From IMG/VR virus record IMGVR_UViG_3300047202_000060: DNA of 64,000 nt. One strand, given 5' to 3'. Position numbers and translations under genes: made by a program. Positions 59,522-63,844 of this stretch are shown in pieces. This DNA comes from a virus (Duplodnaviria; Heunggongvirae; Uroviricota; Caudoviricetes). Position 1 is the stretch's first letter; each line of letters opens with the position of its first letter. Under the pieces are notes generated by a model. That model had not been told where the DNA came from, did not search any database, and saw only the letters and a program-made list of their open reading frames with translations.

Positions 59522-59911
59522 TTGTGTAAAATGACCATAACCTTTATATACGAGAACAGTTATTGTTTATTCATAGTGATACTTATGCCCAAAAATAGCA
59601 AGAAGAAAACTAAAGAAATAGATGAAAAAATGATTTCTGATATGGTGAACAGGCAAATTGAGATGGCTGGAATACTTGGTGAAATGAAAGCTACACTAAA
59701 AAGTATTGATGAACACACATCAGTTATGAATACTGAACTAGGAGTTTGTAAAGAAGAGATTGCTAAGTCCAAAGAAGAAATAAAAGACTTAAAAGACAGA
59801 TTTATCTTGAAGCTATCTTGGAAACAAGTTGGACTAATAATTGGTGGTACTGGAACTCTAGTTAGTGTCGTTTATACTCTATTGAAAATTATAGTGTTCC
59901 ACTCAGTATAA
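59522..59911 (+). CDS. Coiled-coil protein with a C-terminal transmembrane helix
   Basis: Heptad repeats then VGLIIGGTGTLVSVVYTLL; real start is probably MPKNSKK. Confidence 0.55.
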   Translation: MCKMTITFIYENSYCLFIVILMPKNSKKKTKEIDEKMISDMVNRQIEMAGILGEMKATLKSIDEHTSVMNTELGVCKEEIAKSKEEIKDLKDRFILKLSWKQVGLIIGGTGTLVSVVYTLLKIIVFHSV

Positions 59912-59921
59912 GGTAATTCTT

Positions 59922-60497
59922 TTGATTGAAACAGCAATTGCTCTAATTGTTGTTGCAGTTAGTGTTGTTGTCACTTTTAAGTATCGAAATCTTTTTAAAA
60001 AATATAAACATCTTTATGAGGAAGTAACTAAACCTAAACCAACTCCATCCTCAAAACATACTTCCCCGAAAGCACTACAAGCTCAAGAAGAACTTCAACG
60101 ATATTTAGAAATTAGAAGCAAAGTTCTTTTACGAGATCATTTCAGATGCCAAGAATGCAATTACTATCAACATCTTGAAGTTCATCATATTATTCCTAGA
60201 AGCAAAGGCGGGTCTGATGAGTTAACCAATTTGATTACATTATGCCAGAGATGCCATGCTAAAAAACACGGATTTAAAAAACGAGAAGACAAACGAAAAA
60301 GACATACAAAACGAAACAAACGAAAACACTTCAAAAAGTATATTCAAAAACACCATAAAACTTTTACCATAGAATATCCAGTACAATCAATGGAAGATGT
60401 TCATCCACATCAGGAAGATCATTCGCCAGAAGCCGATGCCAGACGACAAAAACTTTATGAAAAATGGAAACAAAACGAACTTAATCAACCGTCTTAA
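59922..60497 (+). CDS. HNH endonuclease-domain protein with an N-terminal membrane anchor
   Basis: N-terminal hydrophobic helix; RDHFRCQEC...LEVHHIIPRSKGGSDELTNLITLCQRCHAKKH. Confidence 0.8.
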   Translation: MIETAIALIVVAVSVVVTFKYRNLFKKYKHLYEEVTKPKPTPSSKHTSPKALQAQEELQRYLEIRSKVLLRDHFRCQECNYYQHLEVHHIIPRSKGGSDELTNLITLCQRCHAKKHGFKKREDKRKRHTKRNKRKHFKKYIQKHHKTFTIEYPVQSMEDVHPHQEDHSPEADARRQKLYEKWKQNELNQPS

Positions 60498-60603
60498 AGA
60501 AACTTATTTTACATTTTTTACAATATAATTCTTCTACATTTTCGAACTTATCTTTTAACTCCAATTCTGTTCCACAGAATCTACATTTATTTGATTTAAT
60601 CAA
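60481..60603 (-). CDS. Small Zn-ribbon protein (40 aa)
   Basis: TTG start; KCRFCG...YCKKC; the start overlaps operator copy 6. Confidence 0.4.
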   Translation of the reverse strand: MIKSNKCRFCGTELELKDKFENVEELYCKKCKISFFKTVD

Positions 60604-60611
60604 CTGATTAA
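60596..60611. promoter_or_regulatory. Palindromic operator copy 6
   Basis: ttaatcaactgattaa. Confidence 0.7.
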
Positions 60612-60692
60612 AATTCCTCTTTTTTCTTGTTCAGAGGGAAAGTTAAAAGAAGTATTTAAAACTTTTGCCTGAATTTATCAAAAACAGTTTAG

Positions 60693-60768
60693 AGCGAGTG
60701 GAAGGATTTGAACCTTCGATTAGCGGTGTTGCGGACCGCTCCGTTTAACCAGACTTCAGCACACTCGC
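60693..60768 (-). tRNA. tRNA-Cys(GCA), C33 variant
   Basis: Acceptor GCGAGTG/CACTCGC, U73; anticodon arm GCGGT-CCGCAAC-ACCGC. Confidence 0.9.
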
Positions 60769-60778
60769 ACAAAGTTAA

Positions 60779-60867
60779 TGGCGGTAGGTGAGAGATTCGA
60801 ACTCTCGGTTCCACATGGGAACGCTGGTTTAGCAAACCAGTACCTTAAACCACTCAGTCAACCTACC
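60779..60867 (-). tRNA. tRNA-Ser(GCT)
   Basis: CTGGT-TTGCTAA-ACCAG, long variable arm, G73, encoded CCA. Confidence 0.95.
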
Positions 60868-60873
60868 ATAAAG

Positions 60874-60962
60874 TGGCGACAGGGAGAGGATTTGAACCTC
60901 TATCTCACATAAGGAGACACCGTTTTCAGGACGGGTGCAATACCTGATTCTGCCACCCTGCC
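60874..60962 (-). tRNA. tRNA-Ser(TGA), C33 variant
   Basis: Loop CCTGAAA, long variable arm, G73, encoded CCA. Confidence 0.85.
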
Positions 60963-61105
60963 ACAAACGGACAAAAAATTTAGGCTGACGATTTGGAATA
61001 ACATCTGGACTGACTGATACCCAAGTCATGATAACTAGGAAGAGTTTTGAATATCATATCAATCACTTGTTCTAAGTATAGTATCAAACACCTATATAAA
61101 CCTTT

Positions 61106-61179
61106 TGGTTGCGGGAGACAGAGTTAAACTGTCGCTATTGGATTATGAGTCCAATTGACTGTCGTTATCTTATCCCGCA
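61106..61179 (-). tRNA. tRNA-Met/Ile2(CAT) with atypical D-arm and T-loop
   Basis: TTGGA-CTCATAA-TCCAA; acceptor TGCGGGA/TCCCGCA; encoded CCA; weak D-arm. Confidence 0.7.
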
Positions 61180-61551
61180 TCACTCGGACCAAATTATTTT
61201 CCAATTACTTTTTGCTTTACATAAGTCTTTTGCTTTATGAAGACTATTACAGACCATACATCGAACCTCAAGATCGTTAGTTTCTCTTCTTCCAGCCAGA
61301 ATATCCAGATAGAATTGTTTTTGGCATCGATTCTTTCTATTCATCTCTTGATTCCCGCCGCCGTTGATGTGGTTGATTTCTAATATTGAATATTCTATAC
61401 ATCCACAATTGACACATTTCCCGCCAAGCAAATCAATGACTTTCTTTCTGATTTTATCATAATATCTTTTATGGGAAACCCTATTTCTCTTAGCCCAATC
61501 TCTTTGAAATTTTCTTTGTTTATTCGCATCTTTGTAAGGCATATTTATCAT
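61180..61551 (-). CDS. HNH endonuclease (family A, copy 3) inserted in the tRNA array
   Basis: LLGGKCVNCG...LEINHINGGG...EVRCMVCNSLHK; its stop abuts tRNA-Met. Confidence 0.75.
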   Translation of the reverse strand: MINMPYKDANKQRKFQRDWAKRNRVSHKRYYDKIRKKVIDLLGGKCVNCGCIEYSILEINHINGGGNQEMNRKNRCQKQFYLDILAGRRETNDLEVRCMVCNSLHKAKDLCKAKSNWKIIWSE

Positions 61552-61563
61552 ATAACTATAATG

Positions 61564-61595
61564 GGTTCGACATATTTAAGTCTTTCTGTCGAACC
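61564..61595. repeat. 9-bp inverted repeat enclosing the TATA box of the HNH gene
   Basis: GGTTCGACA-(14 nt, tatttaagtctttc)-TGTCGAACC. Confidence 0.7.
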
Positions 61596-61603
61596 TTAGT
61601 TAA

Positions 61604-61757
61604 TACGGGCGGGGAGACTTGCACTCCCACAGCAACTAAGCAAGGGGTTTGCTCTTTCTGGGAATTGAATCTTAGCCATCCAGACATGGATTTGAGCCAT
61701 CCAGATTTAAGCCATCCAGACTTACGTTCTCTGGGTTTTCTGATTCCCTACGCCCGC
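61604..61757 (-). tRNA. tRNA-Leu gene with BHB introns at 29/30 and 36/37 and three alternative anticodon micro-exons (TAA 61707-61713, CAA 61692-61698, AAG 61671-61677)
   Basis: Acceptor GCGGGCG/CGCCCGT, A73, D-arm, Leu-type variable arm, T-arm; joining the exons gives the stem GAGGG/CCCTT around a CT-NNN-AC loop. Confidence 0.8.
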
Positions 61758-61877
61758 ATACCCTAACCACGACCCGTGTTGCTCGACACACTCATCGCGT
61801 GAAGAATCGTGGTATAACCTTATTATATGACAATACTACTATATAAACCTTTCTATAGAAGTAACATGCTAAAATAT

Positions 61878-61951
61878 TGGCGGATATGGTGGGAATTGAA
61901 CCCGCGCTATCACCGTGACAGGATGACGTGCTACCACTACACTACATATCC
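61878..61951 (-). tRNA. tRNA-Asp(GTC)
   Basis: TCATC-CTGTCAC-GGTGA, G73, CCA. Confidence 0.9.
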
Positions 61952-61956
61952 ATTAC

Positions 61957-62031
61957 TGGTCCTACTGGACTGAGTTGCACAGTCATCATTCGGTTTACAG
62001 CCGAAGGTCCTATCTGTTAGACGACAGCAGG
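61957..62031 (-). tRNA. tRNA-Tyr(GTA), archaeal type
   Basis: C1-G72, A73, short variable loop, TTCGG-CTGTAAA-CCGAA; G55. Confidence 0.9.
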
Positions 62032-62039
62032 GCAATTGA

Positions 62040-62114
62040 TGGTGGGGCATCACCGAGTCGCACGGTGTCCATGCGGGTCCAAACCGCAGATGCACCCTGT
62101 CACACCTATGCCCC
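62040..62114 (-). tRNA. tRNA-Pro(TGG)
   Basis: TGCGG-TTTGGAC-CCGCA; A37; G55; CCA. Confidence 0.9.
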
Positions 62115-62118
62115 ATAG

Positions 62119-62195
62119 TGGTGGTCCCGCCTAGAGTTGAACTAGGTCTCAGACTTTGTAAGAGTCTGGTGCTAATTCCGTTACACTACGAGACC
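62119..62195 (-). tRNA. tRNA-Val(TAC)
   Basis: AGACT-CTTACAA-AGTCT; CCA. Confidence 0.9.
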
Positions 62196-62197
62196 GA

Positions 62198-62272
62198 TGG
62201 TGGGGTAGTAGAGGATTCGAACCTCTGTTTCTGGTTTTGGAGACCAGAGCCTTCCTATTGACTGAACACCCC
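62198..62272 (-). tRNA. tRNA-Trp(CCA)
   Basis: CTGGT-CTCCAAA-ACCAG; one-nt acceptor bulge; CCA. Confidence 0.85.
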
Positions 62273-62273
62273 A

Positions 62274-62349
62274 TGGCGGAGATGTAAGGAGTCGAACCCT
62301 AACCTTTCAGCTTCGAAGGCTGATATGCTATCCATTACACCACATCTCC
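62274..62349 (-). tRNA. tRNA-Arg(TCG)
   Basis: TCAGC-CTTCGAA-GCTGA; CCA. Confidence 0.95.
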
Positions 62350-62352
62350 AAA

Positions 62353-62425
62353 CGCCGCCCGTAGGAATCGAACCTACACCTTCCGCCTTAACAGGGCGGT
62401 ACACTCACCATTATGCTAGAGCGGC
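62353..62425 (-). tRNA. tRNA-Asn(GTT)
   Basis: CCGCC-CTGTTAA-GGCGG; G73. Confidence 0.95.
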
Positions 62426-62428
62426 AAG

Positions 62429-62501
62429 TGCCGACTAGCGGAGTCGAACCGCTGTCATACCCGTGTTTCAGACGGGCGAACTCCCGTTGTTCTAAGTCGG
62501 C
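62429..62501 (-). tRNA. tRNA-Phe(GAA)
   Basis: CCCGT-CTGAAAC-ACGGG; A73. Confidence 0.9.
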
Positions 62502-62505
62502 ATAG

Positions 62506-62576
62506 TTGGTAAGGCGGGAGTTGGACCCGCTCTAATGGCTTCACAGACCATTGTGCTACTGTTACACTACATACCG
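62506..62576 (-). tRNA. tRNA-His(GTG) with imperfect acceptor stem
   Basis: ATGGT-CTGTGAA-GCCAT; two acceptor mismatches; C55. Confidence 0.7.
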
Positions 62577-62578
62577 AA

Positions 62579-62652
62579 AGGACCATACGGGATTTGAACC
62601 CGTGTTTGCGGATTAAAGGTCCGCCGCACTAACCTGACTATGCTAATGGTCC
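62579..62652 (-). tRNA. tRNA-Lys(TTT), C33 variant
   Basis: GCGGA-CCTTTAA-TCCGC. Confidence 0.9.
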
Positions 62653-62657
62653 ACGAG

Positions 62658-62730
62658 TGCACCTATTGGGATTTGAACCCAAATTCTCGGATTAAGGGTC
62701 CGATGTACTGCCTGATTATACGATAGGTGC
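62658..62730 (-). tRNA. tRNA-Lys(CTT), C33 variant
   Basis: TCGGA-CCCTTAA-TCCGA. Confidence 0.9.
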
Positions 62731-62737
62731 TCATAGA

Positions 62738-62810
62738 TGGGCGATGGTGGAGTTGAACCACCTTCAACAGACTTATAAGGCTCTGTATGCTACCGTTACA
62801 TTATTCGCCC
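62738..62810 (-). tRNA. tRNA-Ile(TAT) with a bulged G in the anticodon stem
   Basis: CAGA(G)C-CTTATAA-GTCTG; acceptor GGGCGAA/ATCGCCC, A73. Confidence 0.75.
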
Positions 62811-62815
62811 GCTAT

Positions 62816-62890
62816 TGGTGCGGATGTCGGGAATTGCACCCGAACCACAACCTTGGAAAGGTCATTATGCAACTATTACACTTCATCCGC
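62816..62890 (-). tRNA. tRNA-Gly(TCC)
   Basis: TGACC-TTTCCAA-GGTTG; G55; CCA. Confidence 0.9.
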
Positions 62891-62895
62891 ATTAC

Positions 62896-62970
62896 TGGTG
62901 CAAGAGGCGGGAATCGGACCCACGCCTTAGACTCGGCAAGTCCACATGCTACCACTAACACCACTCTTGC
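62896..62970 (-). tRNA. tRNA-Gly(GCC)
   Basis: TGGAC-TTGCCGA-GTCTA; C55; CCA. Confidence 0.9.
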
Positions 62971-62971
62971 A

Positions 62972-63048
62972 TGGTGGAGTAAGAGGGATTTGAACCCTCA
63001 CCTTCTGTTTGCAAAACAGATGTGCTACCAGATTGACACTAAAACCCC
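62972..63048 (-). tRNA. tRNA-Ala(TGC)
   Basis: TCTGT-TTTGCAA-ACAGA; G3:U70 identity pair; CCA. Confidence 0.9.
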
Positions 63049-63052
63049 ATAG

Positions 63053-63183
63053 TGGTCCCGTGGGGAGTTGAACCCCAACTCACAGGTTTCTCCGTCTGGT
63101 AAACTATTTTTATTAGTTTACCACCTGAGAGCCTTTGAGCGACTTGAAAGCCTGTGCTCCTTGTCCGTTTAGATTACGGGACC
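63053..63183 (-). tRNA. tRNA-Glu with BHB intron(s): TTC via one 57-nt intron (63088-63144), or CTC via 19-nt (63135-63153) plus 38-nt (63088-63125) introns
   Basis: Stem ACAGG/CCTGT; a second AGGCTCTCA element lies inside the intron; BHB helices CTTT or CTCT with GGAG, and GAGC/GCTC. Confidence 0.85.
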
Positions 63184-63186
63184 GAA

Positions 63187-63258
63187 AGCCGCTACCAGAA
63201 GTTGCATCTGGACCCAGAGTTTACAAAACTCTCATGCTACTGTTAACACTATAGCGGC
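63187..63258 (-). tRNA. tRNA-Thr(TGT)
   Basis: AGAGT-TTTGTAA-ACTCT; U73; G55. Confidence 0.9.
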
Positions 63259-63259
63259 A

Positions 63260-63335
63260 TGGCACAAGTGGAAGGATTCGAACCCTCATCTCTCACGTTA
63301 GAACCGTGATGCTCTATCCATTAAGCTACACCTGT
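63260..63335 (-). tRNA. tRNA-Arg(TCT)
   Basis: TCACG-GTTCTAA-CGTGA (G32); CCA. Confidence 0.9.
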
Positions 63336-63370
63336 ATTTGTGAAGTCAATTGAATGCAGTTGAAATCAAT

Positions 63371-63485
63371 TGGTAGTGGGTGGCAGATTCGAACTGCCCC
63401 TACAAGCTATCTCCATTGGACAATATCAGAGGCTTAGACCCCAATTTCAAAGGCTTGTCTCCTTATCCAAATAGATTAACCCACT
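63371..63485 (-). tRNA. tRNA-Gln with BHB intron(s): TTG via one 38-nt intron (63409-63446), or CTG via 21-nt (63434-63454) plus 17-nt (63409-63425) introns
   Basis: A1-U72, stem CAAGC/GCTTG; a second GCCTCTGA element lies inside the intron; strict BHB at 29/30 (AGAC/GTCT); CCA. Confidence 0.88.
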
Positions 63486-63528
63486 ATATCCATAATGCCA
63501 ATGCAATCGACCACGGCAAGACAAAGAA

Positions 63529-63660
63529 ATGATGGCAAGAAAATCGTGATAATCTTGACGGGTCTTACTGTTGTCTTCGCTTACCGTGATCTGCTGGTTT
63601 GGCGACTGTCGTATTAAAATACCAAAACTCGAAACGTTCTATACGACTTTTTGCCATCAT
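63529..63660 (-). ncRNA. Candidate structured RNA or leader upstream of the tRNA array
   Basis: About 18-bp terminal stem ATGATGGCAA-AAAGTCGT / ACGATTTT-C-TTGCCATCAT; TATA box at about 63705-63716. Confidence 0.4.
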
Positions 63661-63751
63661 AGCTAAGACCACGTTTATAGAGAGTGTAATATAATACAAA
63701 ACAAGTATATAAATGTTTCGGTAGAAAGACCATACTCAATAGTGTCATAAA

Positions 63752-63835
63752 GCTGGAAGGAGTATCTGACCGCCGCCTTATTACTCCAATGACGGATAAG
63801 GCTTATTTTACCAGCCGATGACTGTGAGATGTCAT
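63752..63835. ncRNA. Candidate pseudoknotted RNA element
   Basis: Crossing helices GGAGTA/TACTCC and GCCTTAT/ATAAGGC inside GCTGG/CCAGC, followed by the hairpin ATGAC/GTCAT. Confidence 0.45.
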
Positions 63836-63844
63836 AGGTTGGAC

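Noticed and set aside
59395-59530. Zn-finger-like frame (LCGKEY...FCSKKC) after polB
   Set aside because: An in-frame stop lies just upstream and the nearby ATG is in another frame; at most a decayed remnant.
61604-61757. tmRNA-like reading of the Leu element: the repeats translate as KSGWLKSGWLKSMSGWLR in one frame and LDGLNLDGSNPCLDG-stop in another
   Set aside because: There is no G3:U70 alanylation pair or tmRNA-type D-loop, and the RNA is too short. The BHB model explains every repeat base and rebuilds a proper anticodon stem, so the 15- and 21-nt spacing is probably coincidental.
61766-61813. C/D box sRNA (GCGATGA resembles box C)
   Set aside because: There is no CTGA box D before the closing stem.
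60829-63052. Track ORFs 60829-61029, 62744-63052 and 63675-63887
   Set aside because: They overlap tRNA genes or structured RNA and have no recognisable protein features.
60693-63485. Suppressor, Sec or Pyl tRNA, or stop-codon recoding
   Set aside because: No CTA, TTA or TCA anticodon was found, and the long genes are intact under the standard code.
63752-63835. HDV-like or hammerhead ribozyme assignment for the pseudoknot
   Set aside because: There is no P3/L3 element for HDV and no CUGAUGA/GAAA core; it is kept only as an unassigned structure.
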